From contig CM059431.1 of NCBI GenBank assembly GCA_030390025.1, positions 109,618,001 through 109,682,000 of the forward strand: a DNA stretch of 64,000 nucleotides, read 5' to 3'. The position numbers and the translations under genes were made by a program. The stretch's first letter is position 1. Each line of letters opens with the position of its first letter. Positions 1 through 11,539 of this stretch are shown here, one piece after another. The notes under the pieces are model-generated. The model was not told the DNA's origin, made no database searches, and was given only the letters and a program-made list of their open reading frames with translations. Source of the stretch: Squalus acanthias. Its lineage: Eukaryota.

Positions 1-1012
1 TTCGGTCCTTCGAGCCTGCACCGCCATTCAATGCGTTCATGGCTGAACATGCTACCTCAGTACCCCATTCCTGCTTTCTCGCCATACCCCTTGATCCCCC
101 TAGTTGTGAGTATTATATCTAACTCCCTTTTGAATATATTTAGCGAACTGGCCTCAACAACCTTCTGTGGTAGAGAATTCCACAGATTCACCACTCTCTG
201 GGTGAAGAAGTTCCTCCTCATCTCAGTCTTAAATGGCTTCCCCTTTATCCTTAGACTGTGACCCCTGGTTTTAGTTTTCCCTAACATTGGAAACATTCTG
301 CCCGCATCTAATTTGTCTAAACCAGTCAGGATTTTAAACGTCTCTATAAGATCCCCCCTCATTCTTCTGAACTCCAGAGGATACAAGTTCAGTTGGTCCA
401 GTCTTTCTTGATATGTCAGTCTGGCCATCCCAGGAATCAATCTAATGAACCTTCGTTGCACTCCCTCAATAGCAAGAATGTCTTTCCTCAAGTTAGGAGA
501 CCAAAACTGCACACAATACTCCAGGTGTGGCCTCACCAAGGCCCTGTACAACTGCAGCATCACCTCCCTACTCCTGTACTCAAATCCCCTTGCTATGAAG
601 GCCATCATGCCATTTGCTTTCTTGACTGCCTGCTGCACTTGCCTTCCCACCTTCAGTGACTGATGTACCATGACGCCCAGGTCTCGTTGCACCTCCCCTT
701 TCCCTAATCTGCCACCATTCAGGTAATAGTCTGCCTCCCTATTTTTACCACCAAAGTGGATAACCTCACATTTATCCACATTGTACTTCATCTGCCATAC
801 ATTTGCCCATTCACCCAACCTGTCCAAGTCACTCTGTAGCCTCCTAGCATCCTCCTCATTGTTCACACTGCCTCCCAATTTAGTGTCATCCGCAAATTTG
901 GAGATATTACAATTAATCCCTTCGTCCAAATCATTAATATATAATGTAAACAGCTGGGGCCCCAGCACCGAACCCTGCGGTACCCCGCTGGTCACTGCCT
1001 GCCATTCTGAAA
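1..1012 (-). mobile_element. CR1 (HER-type) LINE, 5'-truncated, RT C-terminal half with open frame
   Basis: ORF 57..1067(-) contains VTSGVPQGSVLGP, KFADDTK, LVRPHLEYCVQFWSP and RNFFTQRVVNLWNSLP. The 3' UTR hairpin runs off the window start. The first ~18 aa of the ORF are flank read-in. Confidence 0.95.
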
Positions 1013-1987
1013 AGTATGATATAAGTTTGGGAAGTCTGAATCCAGATCCTAGTGGAAACTGTCCCACTTAAGCACTAAAATTGGCAGGCTCATCAAGAGA
1101 GGTTATAGGCTGATTGTATAGAAAATGGTAATTTAGAGAGTGTTTCTCTAAGGTTAGGACTAAGGTACAAAGTCAGTGCAGAGGGGAGAGTAGTGGTACT
1201 ATACCTGACCTGGGAGTGCTTGGAGAATGACCAGAGGAGATGGGTAGGCTCTCTCTTGTTGGAAATGGTCATTGTCTGGTACTTGTGTGGCGTGAATGTT
1301 ACTTGCCACTTACCAGCCCAAGCCTGAATGTTCTCTTAACTGCACCTTGGAAATATTGTTGCTGAAATGGTCCCCACATCTCAGAACTTCTCAATTATTG
1401 ACTCATGGTTCCAGAGCTGAGGATGAAGTCCTGAGAAAGCATTCTTGTGTTGCATAAATTATTTTGTAGGGTGGGGGGTGGGGGGGGGGGGGTAGGTGCC
1501 AGTACGATCAGCATACCACCAGTTCCAAAACTGAGGGAAAATGCTGGCTCCAAGATGTACACCTGCACAAGCATTGGTAAGGGCTCCGACTGACGCACAG
1601 GGATGTCTTCCCTCGCACAGAGGAGCTTCCATTAGATAGCTTTATCCTTCAGCGTCAGTTATCAGTAATAACATGACATCTAAATTATATGGAGTGAGTT
1701 TTTTTATGTGTAAGAGTGGCTGCCACTTGTCATAAATGTACAAATTGAATAGCATCATCAAGGATTTTAAAGTAAAATATTAATGGTCCTATAGCCTATT
1801 TAAAGTAATGTAGTGACCAAACCTCATATAACTTGATGAAAAATGTCATTTTTCCCCAGCTTAAAAAATGATCACCGATGAAATAAAAAGGTGTTCTGGA
1901 ATTAACCAGACTGTCCCATTTTTAATAAAGAATTCAAACAATGTTCAGGAAAGAATTCACTCTCCTCTCAATTCCCCAGCATATACT

Positions 1988-2457
1988 GGGGGGGGGGGGG
2001 GTGGTGGTGGTGTGTGGGAGGGGTGTGTGGGGTTGGGGTGTGGGGGTGGGGGGGGTGGTGGGGTGGTGTGTGGGGGCGGGGTGTGTGTGGGGGTGGGGGG
2101 GTGGTGTGGGGTGATGTGTGGAGGTGGTGGGGGTGGGTGTGGTGTGTGGGGGTTGGGGGTGTGTGTGGGGGGGGTGTGTGTGGGTGGGGGTGGGGGTGGG
2201 GGTGGGGGTGGGGGGGTGTGCGAGGGTGGTGTGGGGGGTTCGGGGGTGGTGTGTGGGGGTGGTGGGGGTGGGGGTGGTGTGTGGGGGTTGGGGGTGTGTG
2301 TGGGGGGGGTGTGTGTGGGTGGGGGTGGGGGTGGGGGTGGGGGTGGGGGGGTGTGCGAGGGTGGTGTGGGGGGTTGGGGGGTGGTGTGTGGGGGTGGTGG
2401 GGGTGGGGAGTTGGGTGGGTGGTGTGTGGGGGTGGGGGTGGTGTGGGGAATGGGGTG
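1988..2457. repeat. G/T-rich low-complexity repeat with an internal ~135-bp duplication
   Basis: Runs of GGGGGT/GTGT; a 45-codon block is repeated in the translation. Confidence 0.95.
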
Positions 2458-2694
2458 ATGCCATTTGGAAGCGATGTGTACAGTTTTAAATTTGCCGCAA
2501 AATGGCTGATGCTGAGCATACGGTGTCCAAAATGGAGCTTGCTTCATTCCTCAGCAGTGGTACTTCTGATGCGGAGCGCAGAAATTCACAAGAATGCTTT
2601 CTCAAGAGTCCATCCCCAGCTCTGGAACCGTGAGTCAATAATTAAGCAGTTCTGAGATGTGGGGACGTTTTCAGCAACAACATTTCCAAGATGC

Positions 2695-2912
2695 AGTTAA
2701 GACAATATCCAGGCTTGGGCTAATAAGTGGCAAGTAACATTCGCGCCACACAAGGTGCCAGGCAATGACTATCTCCAACAAGAGAGAGCCTAACCACCTC
2801 CTCTAGAAATTCTATGGTGTTACCGTCGCCGAATCCCCCACCATTAACATTCTGGGGGTTGCCATTGACCAGAAACACAACTGGACCAGCCATATAAATG
2901 CTGTAGCTACCA
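2695..2912 (+). mobile_element. Fragment of CR1-group LINE family B
   Basis: Matches 19060-19270 (DIQAWADKWQVTF...CQAMTISNKRE region). Confidence 0.8.
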
Positions 2913-2971
2913 GAGGTGCTCTGGAATTAACCAGACTGTCCCATTTTTAATAAAGAATTCCCTACATGTAT

Positions 2972-5236
2972 CAGCTGTGGCTCAATTGGTATCACACTCG
3001 CCTCTGAGTCAGAAGGTTGTGGGTTCAACTCCCACTCCAGGGACTTGAGCACATAAAGCTCGGCTGACACTCCAGTGCAGTGCTGAGGGAGTGCTGCACT
3101 GTCGGAGGTGCCGTCTTTCAGATGAGACGTTAAACCGAGGTCCCGTCTGCTCTCTCAAGTTGACGTAAAAGATCCCTTGACACTATTTTGAAGAAGAGAT
3201 GGGGAGTTCTCCCTGGTGTCCTGGCCAATATTTATCCCTCAACCAACATAACAAAAGCAGATTATCTGGTCATTATCACATTGCTGTTTGTGGGAGCTTG
3301 CTGTGCGCAAATTGCCTGCCGTTTTTCCCACATTACAACAGTGACTACTGTAGAGGGTGGTGTGGTAGGGTCAGCTTCACCTCTGACTTCAGTGAGCGGT
3401 TCGAATCGCTCCCACTCCCTTGGTTCTAGACCTTGGACATATTTGGGGGTTGTGAACAAAAGGTGCAGTAGACAATTGAGTTTAATGAGAGAACTCCAAA
3501 CTTTATTCAAGATAAAACACAATAACAAATATAAACTTCAAGTACAGTAAGGGAACACTTTGGTACAAGCGAGGGAAATGACAGTATAACAGTAATTCAC
3601 CCCGCCCAACCCCACTACACTAACTAGGTTGGGTTTCAGAGGACCAGGAATAATGCTCACCACTCCTTGATAGTTGAGGTATTTTGCGATTCCGGGGTTC
3701 ACTGGGGTTTTTGGTTGTTGGGGCCTGCCGTACCCCAGACGTGGTAGAAGACTTCAGCTGCACTCCAGGTCAGTTTGGGTCTGTCCGCTGATGCGGTAAG
3801 GTGCGTATGTGGATCTATCAGGTGAGTACTCAATTTTTCTTCGTTAGAGGTAGGGTTTAGAGTTTTTTAAGGAAAAATCTTACCCAGGGGTAAGTCAGGA
3901 ATAGTTTGTAGTGTGGAAACTTGCGTGTCTTCGGTTTTTCCTGGTGTTGGTCTTTCGGTGGTCGCGACGGCCTGGTTCGCACCTGGTTGGTCGGTGGCGT
4001 GGTGTTGGTTGGTTCGTGGGGCCTTGGTTGCTGCGAGGCATTGGGAACCCTTTTCCCAGTCGGGTCCGTCGATGACACCCCCTTACTGTGGCGTGTTGTC
4101 CTTGCGTGCCTCGGTACTGTTACTAACTTTAAACTGCCTCTCTGGACAGCCTTGAATTAACTTTTAGTATAGTGTTGTAACAAACCGCACGGCTTGAACA
4201 GACACCACCACAGTGTCTCTCGGGTTCCTCGTGTCTTCTTGCCCATGGTTTTAGGTCTGCCTGCCTTCCAAAGGTTCTTCTTGTGACTCGTTCCTTGTTG
4301 CTTGGCTCTGGTGTCGCCCTCGTGTCGTGTGTGTTGAACTAACTTTCTTGGGGGATTAGGCCCTCAATTATACCGTTCAGGTCTATTGTGTTCTTCGCGC
4401 CAAAACTGTTTTACTAATCGATTTTGCGTTAAAGTGATTTAGGTTTCAGTTGAGGCCTGCTTATCTTCACGCCAAATCTCACTTCTTTTGTCTTAGGTTT
4501 TGGCGGGCTCGTTAAGTCTGATGACTTTAACTTTGTGTTAACTTGTCCTGATGGCTACCGATGTCTTCCATTGAGACAGGGCCTCTATCTACCCGCCAAA
4601 TCTCGCTTCTTTTGTCTTAGGTTTTTGGCGGGCTTGTTAAACTGTTCCTGTCGATACTTGGCTAATCGGGTTTTGATGGGATGATGGGCTATGAAACTGT
4701 GTACCGGCAGTTTTATTGTTAGGAATTGTTTTCAGACTTCCAGCATTCTGTCTGGACCTGGGGATTTCAAAAAGGGGTCTTGGTTTATTCATTTTTGAAT
4801 TTCACATGTTTGTGATGTTTTGGATGAGGCTCTTCCTCCTTGGTTGGATTGCAGTGCAAACATCTCCCAGACAGCTTGACTTGGTCCCAATACCCAAAAG
4901 CTGTCCACTGCCTCACCACACCCCTTCCCGCAGCCTGTGTTTCTGTGACTGCAGGTTTACCCAATGGCCCTTTTTAAAAGGTAGGGTTTTTTTTCTTCCT
5001 TGATCCTTTCAGAATGTCCAAAACTGAGGTTTTGACCTCAAATTCCTTTATTTCGGTCCCACCATTCCAAATTCATGTTAAGATCCAAAAATCACCCCCT
5101 TTAGGGTTCTATTCGAGTTTCTGGGGGATTTTGCGAAGCCTACACTACACTTCAAAAGTACTTAATTGACTGTAAAGCAATTTGAGATGTCCGGTGGTTG
5201 TGAAAGGCGCTATATAAATGCAAGTCTTTCTTTCTT
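2972..5236 (+). mobile_element. Deu-domain tRNA-derived SINE (SacSINE1-like), split by a solo LTR at 3349-5144
   Basis: tRNA-like head (GGTTCAACTCCC B-box), Deu core gattatctggtcattatcacattgctgtttgtgggagcttgctg. The SINE resumes at 5149 and ends in a (TTTC)n tail. Confidence 0.9.
3349..5144 (-). mobile_element. Solo LTR, family 1 (1796 bp)
   Basis: TGTAG...CTACA termini and an exact 4-bp TSD CTAC (3345-3348 / 5145-5148) inside a SINE. AATAAA on the minus strand at ~3502-3507; TATA-like motif at ~4367-4372(-). Confidence 0.9.
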
Positions 5237-5296
5237 AGAGCAGATCAGAGGCTCGTATTGTGTGGCAAGTGGATTACCACCTCACTCCCTGAAGTG

Positions 5297-5770
5297 TCAG
5301 CCATGGCTCAGTTGCTAGCACCCTGGCCTCTGAGTCAGAAGGGTCTGGGTTCAAGACCTGCTCCAGAGACTCGAGCACAGAAATTTAGGCTGACACTCCA
5401 GTGCAGTACTGAGGGAATGCAGCACTGTCGGAGGTGCCGTCTTTCGGATGAGACGTTAAACCAAGGCCCTGTCTGCTCTCTCAGAGGGACTTAAAAGATC
5501 CTATGGCACTATTTCGAAGAAGAGCAGGGGTGTTATCCCCGGTGTCCTGGCTAATATTTATCCCTCAATCAACATCATTAAAACAGATTATCTGAGCATC
5601 ATCACATTGTTGTTAGTGGGAGCTTGCTGTGTGCAAATTGGCTGCGGCGTTTCCTACATTACAACAGTGACTACACTCCAAAAAAAAGTACTTAATTGGC
5701 TGTAAAGCACTTTGGGACATCCGGTGTTCATGAAAGGCGCTAAAAAAATGCAAGTCTTTCTTTTTCTTTT
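5297..5770 (+). mobile_element. Deu-domain SINE (SacSINE1-like), full length
   Basis: tRNA head, Deu core, T-rich tail. Confidence 0.9.
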
Positions 5771-6278
5771 ACCCCCCAAAGCCTCTCCACCACCTACAAA
5801 GCACAAGTCAGGAGTGTGATGGAATACTCTCCACTTGCCTGGATGAGTGCAGCTGCAACAACACTCAAGAAGCTCGACACCATCCAGGACAAAGCAGCCC
5901 GCTTGACCAGCAGCCCATCCACCATTTTAAACATCCACTCCCTCCACCACCGGCGTACCGTGGCTGCAGTGTGTACCATCTACAAGATGCACTGCAGCAA
6001 CTCGCCAAGGCTTCTTCGACAGCACCTCCCAAGTCTGTGACCTCCATCACCTCCAAGTTCAAGTCACACACGATCCTGACTTGGAAGTATATCGGCCGTT
6101 CCTTCATCGTCGCTGGGTCAAAATCCTGGAACTCCCTCCCTAACAGCACTGTGGGAGCACCTTCGCCACAGGGACTGCAGCGGTTCAAGAAGAAGGCCCA
6201 TCACCACCTTCTCAAGAGATGGGCAATAAATGCTGGCCTTGCCAGCGACGCCCATATCCCGAGAATGAATTAAATAAA
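5771..6278 (+). mobile_element. CR1-group LINE family B, 3' fragment
   Basis: MEYSPLAWMSAA..TLKKLDTIQDKAARL; 3' end gggcaataaatgctggccttgccagcga plus A-rich tail. Confidence 0.9.
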
Positions 6279-6946
6279 AACCTCTGTGTCTCTCTTAACT
6301 GTTTTACTCAATTATTCCAAAAAAATGTTAAGAGGAAACACCATAGAAACCAAGTATTCTCTGGTAGGGAGCAACCACTGTATGCATCTCCCCACACACC
6401 GTGAGCGATTTGTAAGTAGAGCGATCCTTTCATCAGGACATCATGATGATTTGGAATCAATTATTTCTGAGCAGTTTACCAAAGCTCTGTCTAACCTTTC
6501 ACTATGTATTTTTCCCTTTTCTCCCATAATTTGTCTATTTTGTTTTGCTATTTCCCTGCCTTTTCCTTACCAGGTATCTTCATCTTCATTGCATCTGACC
6601 ATCACCAGTTCTCACTGACACCTGCTGGGTCCAACCACTTTGCTGATTTAATCTCACGTATCATAATAAAGGTTTCTGGTACTCAGGAGAGAGACAATAA
6701 AGCACAAATCTGCTAATTGTTCAATTGTCACTACTTTAGTGTTTGCCACTAAGAATCACTTTAGGGAATGTTGGTAATCATTCCTTTGGGGTGAAACAAT
6801 AATCACCACTTCAGGATATGGCGTTAAGCATCTCTTTGGGGTCTGACAATCAAAATGTCTTGGATCTCAATCTCTGTCAAAAAAAAGGCTAAAATCTAAG
6901 CAGTTAATAATGCCTATGAGATCCTGGGCTTTATAAATAGAGACAT

Positions 6947-7790
6947 GGGCAGAATTTTCATTGACCCGTGGAGGCGGGTTTGGAGGCCTGTGGGGTGGGA
7001 AAATAGCAGATTCGGGGGTCCCGAACCCATCCCGCCCCCAACCCGCCTCCATGCCAGTTTCCCAGGAGGCGGGTACCCGACCTGTGCTGGGACCCGCCTC
7101 CCCGAGGCGGGAAGGGGATTAGTGCCAATAAACTGCCTGTTAACAGGTAGTTAACAGGCAGTTTTTTGCCTAATCCCTATTTTTAGCCCTGAAGTGTGGG
7201 TTTCCCGACAGGTCTGAACCATGCTGATTTAGCGAGGCGGACCGTCGGTCTGGAGGGCTTGGAGGGGTCGAGATGTCCGGTGTGCAGGTGAGTGATGGGT
7301 GCATGAGTGCAGAGGTAAGTGTGTTTGGTGTGTGTAAAGTGTTTTAAGAACTTGTACTTACCTTAACTTTGTCCTGCAGGCTTCCTTCCTTCAGTTCTCG
7401 GGAGTCCCTCAGCTCATCGGCACAGAAAGCAGAATGGCCGCGGAGCTGTCAAAAGCTGCAGTCCCTGCTTTCTGTGCTGGATTGATTTCTAACTCAGTCT
7501 AAGTACAGGGACTCACGTTAGAAATCATATTGTCAGTGTTTGACAGCTTCACAGAGCTGTCAAACGCTGAAATTTCATCTGTCAACAGCTCTTGACAGAT
7601 GAAATTTCAATGGCTGACGTCACCTGTATCCAAGGGACCCTTGATTGGCCTGCTAAGCCCGCTGAGCAGGCTTAACAAGGTCAATCAAGGGAAAATACAG
7701 TGGGTTGGCCACAAGTCGATGGAGGCGGGACTACAACCCAAAAAGTGGGAGTCCTGCCTCCATCACGTCCTCATTGACAAAATCCAGCCC
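6947..7790. mobile_element. Harbinger-type non-autonomous element (MITE) inserted in a CR1
   Basis: TIRs GGGCAGAATTTT / AAAATCCAGCCC, GGCGGG subterminal repeats. The flanking CR1 is continuous across it (aatagagac-at | ata-gagtacaaaagcc). Confidence 0.85.
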
Positions 7791-8400
7791 ATAGAGTACA
7801 AAAGCCAGGAAGTTATGCTAAACCTATAGAAAACACGAGTTCTGCCCCAGATGGAGTATTGTGTCCAATTCTGGGTACTGCACTTTAGGGAGGACATGAA
7901 GGCTTTGGAGAGGGTACTAAAGAGATTTACTAGAATGGTTCCATGAATGAGGGAATACAGTTACGTAGATAGACTAGAGAAGCTGGGGTTGTTTCCTTGG
8001 AGCAGTGAAGGCTAAGAGGAGATTTGATAGAGGTGTTTAAAATCATGAAGGGTTTAGATAGAGTAAATAAAGAGAAACTGTTTCCAATGGCAGAAGGGTC
8101 AATAACCAGAGGGCACAGATTGAAGATGATTGGCAAAGGAACAGGAGGCAACATGAGGGAAAACTTTTTTACGCAATGAGTGATTAGGATTTGGAATGCA
8201 CTGCCTGATCGGGTGGTGGATACAGATTCAATAGTAGCCTTCAAAAGGGAATTGGATAAATACTTGAAGGAGAAAAAATTGCAGGGATATGGGGATAGAG
8301 CGGGGGAGTGGGACTGACTGGATTGCTCTTTGAAAGAGCCGGTGCAGACTCGATGGGCCGAATGGCCTCCTTCTGTGCTGTACTATTCGATGATTCTATG
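7791..8400 (+). mobile_element. CR1 LINE 3' fragment (its start at ~6900-6946 precedes the MITE)
   Basis: Degenerate EYKSQEVMLNLY...EYCVQFW; CR1 3' hairpin and (ATTCTATG)-like tail. Confidence 0.9.
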
Positions 8401-8896
8401 ATTCAGTGCATGTTTCAAATCTGGTTTTTTTTGTTGAGTACTGCGCTATACCGTAATGATAAAGTTAAAAAAATTGTAATACCACAGCTTTAAAATTTTA
8501 AATCAAGATCAAACAAGAATACAGAGAGCAACATTTTGAAATGCAACAGATTTAAGAGTTGGAGCACGCAGGGTCACTAACAATCAGTTTCTAGATGGAT
8601 GGAAGACAAGCTAGCAAAAAGTAGAGTGTGTGAAATGTGTGAGGTCAGACGTAAAAGGAGAAATGCTTGGTGTGCGATGCAATCTTTCATATTCAATACA
8701 AAAGTGCTGAAAGAGATTTCCGTTAATAAGTTGAAGTACCGAGGCGGTCAAACTGTAAGTGCCATGAGTGAGATATTGCTATGCAATAAGGAAGGGGATA
8801 AATATTAGAGGGAATGGGCCATCCACGCACTTTCCAGCATTGGGCAACAGAAACAAAATGAGAGCTGTGCAGTGGGAATATTTGATAACAGTAAGC

Positions 8897-9155
8897 CATA
8901 GAATCATAGAATGATACAGCACAGAAGGAGGCCATTCAGCCCATCGTGCCTGTGCCGGCTCTTTGAAAGAGCTCTCCAATTAGTCCCATTCCCCATCGCC
9001 TTGCAATTTTTTCTCCTTCAATTATTTATCCAATTCCCTTTTGAAAGTTACTATTGAATCTGCTTCCACCGCCCTTTCAGGCAGCGCTTTCCAGATCGCT
9101 GCGTAAAAATATTGTCCTCATCTCCCCCCTGGTTCTTTTGCCAATTATCTTAAAT
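8897..9155 (-). mobile_element. CR1 3' end fragment
   Basis: Reverse complement of the 8100-8400 type 3' UTR and tail. Confidence 0.85.
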
Positions 9156-10137
9156 GTTGTGTCAGTGCTTAGATTCAGCCAGAATTTCATTGGGCCAAAC
9201 AAAAAAAGATGTTTCTTCTTCAAAAACAAGTACAAAGCACTCTGAAGCTGTGTCTGAAATTTGTGCAGTGTGGGGATGAATAAAGTTGACAAATTTGTTA
9301 CTGTGCTTTTCTGTTGTCAGTACAGTTCATTTCTACTTGAACTGTCAAAGCCAAGGTCACACTTAACTTACTTCAATTTTATTTGGTGCACAAACTAATG
9401 TGAATGGCACAGCAGCCTTGCACAGCTGAAAGACTGATGGTTCAGCAAGGCCATTTATACAAGTCCAGGTCTTTCATCTTCTTTCAGTTTGTGACAGAAA
9501 AAGCATTGGATCGGGCCTCGACTAAAGACTTACTGGTTTATTACAAGGAGCAGAAAGGAGTTTGTTCTCCCCAGCTGTCAAGGAGCAGATCTGGAGAAAA
9601 GTAGAAATCTTTCTATTTGGTCATTTGGGGACACACAAAAGTACTCTTCAGTCCATGAAATTTTCACATGATTTAAGTGATTGCCAAGTCTGATATTTTC
9701 CATTTACACTGCAATGCCGTCAAGAAGAGAAAAAAAAATCAATATACTCGTTCATTCAACTGTATCACAAGATGAGCTTATATAAAAAGGCATTACTATA
9801 AATAGCTGCAGATGTCTCAAAAAGATCAGATTTTTTCTTTACCACACCACTCCTCCTTTATAAGAGTCTGTGCGACGTGATTCCTTCTATAGGCAATTTC
9901 CTTCTCCGATCTTCCCTTTGCTTCTCTCCGCTTGTTGCTTTTCCCCTCTGGCATCTCACCCAAGAGAGCATTCCTCATATGTGAGCCTAGACAGCAAGTC
10001 CCAACAGGGGGGCCATTACGGCCAAATACAGTCCCGATCGAATGTTCACTTCCAGCAGGGGTCGCTGGATAGCAATCAGGAGTGCGGGCCCTGACTGAAT
10101 TTTTCCCAGCCTAGCTCAGGGTGCTTATACCAATTAT

Positions 10138-10490
10138 AAAAGAAAGACTTGCATTTATATAGCGCCTTTCACGACCACCAGACGTCTCAAAGCGCTTTAC
10201 AGCCAATGAAGTACTTTTGAAGTGTAGGCACTGTTGTAATGTGGGAAACGCGGCAGCCAATTTGCGCACAGCAAGGTCCCACAAACAGCAACATGATAAT
10301 GACCAGATAATCTGTTTTAGGGATGTTGGTTGAGGGATAAATATTGCCAGGACACTGGGAATAACTCCCCTGCTCTTCTTTGAAATAGTGCCATAGGATC
10401 TTTTACGTCCACCTGAGAGAGCAGACGGGGCCTCGGTTTAACGTCTCATCCAAAAGACGGCACCTCCGACAGTGCAGCACCTTCACTAGG
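10138..10490 (-). mobile_element. Deu-domain SINE, 5'-truncated
   Basis: Reverse complement of the Deu core and tail. Confidence 0.9.
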
Positions 10491-11396
10491 ACCCTGGCTG
10501 TGATTAGTTATCTCTGCACAGACCAAGGACTGAATCCTGAATCTTTAGCCACAATATAGCGAAATTTTATCTGACTCCTTTACTAAGACAAAGTTAAGGG
10601 TGCATGCATTACTTTATAACGTACTGTTTGTGTGGCTCGCAAAAACAACATAATAGTCAAAATATACCTACTGTATTTTCCTATGAGTAAATCAGAAAAT
10701 ATTTTCTGCAGTTTTGAAATATTCTCAACAGTTACAAATTCCATCCCACCTTGGTTTGTAGTCTGTACCCTGACAGCTGCCACAGAATGGCAGGAGATAG
10801 GGTCCCTATACTGGTGAGTGCTTGATTTGTACCATTGTGGGAAGTATGAAGCAGGCTTCCTCCCTCACAGTGGAGAAAAGAAAATCAGAGGGCTAGTCAC
10901 TCCCATGTCCTGGACCTCAGAATAGTACTGGCAGAAGCCTGCTTGCAACTGGTTGATGAGGAATGATGTTGGATGCAGAGAGAGATGAAAAGCAGTGGTG
11001 AAAATGAAGCTGGATGCTTTGGAACAATGCTCCAGGTCTTTACACTCTCTTACCCACCGTTGGAGAGATATCCCATCTGCAGATCACCGTTTCTCTATGT
11101 CTAGACCGCACGTCAATGGAGAAAGTGGTGTATCCGCAACAAGTACCATTGCGCACTTTGGGGATATAACATTCCAGGCATACATGGCCGCTGACTTTTT
11201 TCCTTTGTCGATGCGGCTGGGGAAAACGTAAGTGGCATACGACAGAAGATTAACGTGGCACAGAAAATTAAGGGTGAGGTGGAGAAAATAAGAATTGCGC
11301 AAGAAGAAAATTAAAAATGGCATGAGTTATGTGATAATACAAAATGTTGACAACCAGTGCGCTGCAGCAAAGTGGTAGGCTGCCTCTTATTGTCCA

Positions 11397-11539
11397 AATG
11401 TGAGAAGTCGCACAACACCAGGCACAGCAGCGCTCCGAAAGCTTGTGATTTTAAATAAAGCTGTTGGACTATAACCTGGTGTTGTGCGACTTCTCACATT
11501 TGTCCACCCCAGTCCAACACCGGCATCTCCACATCGTGG
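11397..11539 (+). mobile_element. Minimal Penelope-like insertion (3' terminus with short inverted arm)
   Basis: Same terminus as the PLEs at 40394 and 46652; 13-bp TSD CTCTTATTGTCCA (11384-11396 / 11540-11552); partial hammerhead (stem II-GAAAGCTT). Confidence 0.85.

Noticed and set aside
1868..2655. Gly-rich and Pro/His-rich ORFs in all six frames
   Set aside because: Artefact of the G/T low-complexity repeat.
2972..3040. tRNA genes at SINE heads
   Set aside because: A/B-box-like heads run directly into SINE bodies and do not form a full cloverleaf.
9960..10130. Weak similarity to 44350-44560 (possible ancient interspersed repeat)
   Set aside because: Too diverged to delimit or classify by eye.
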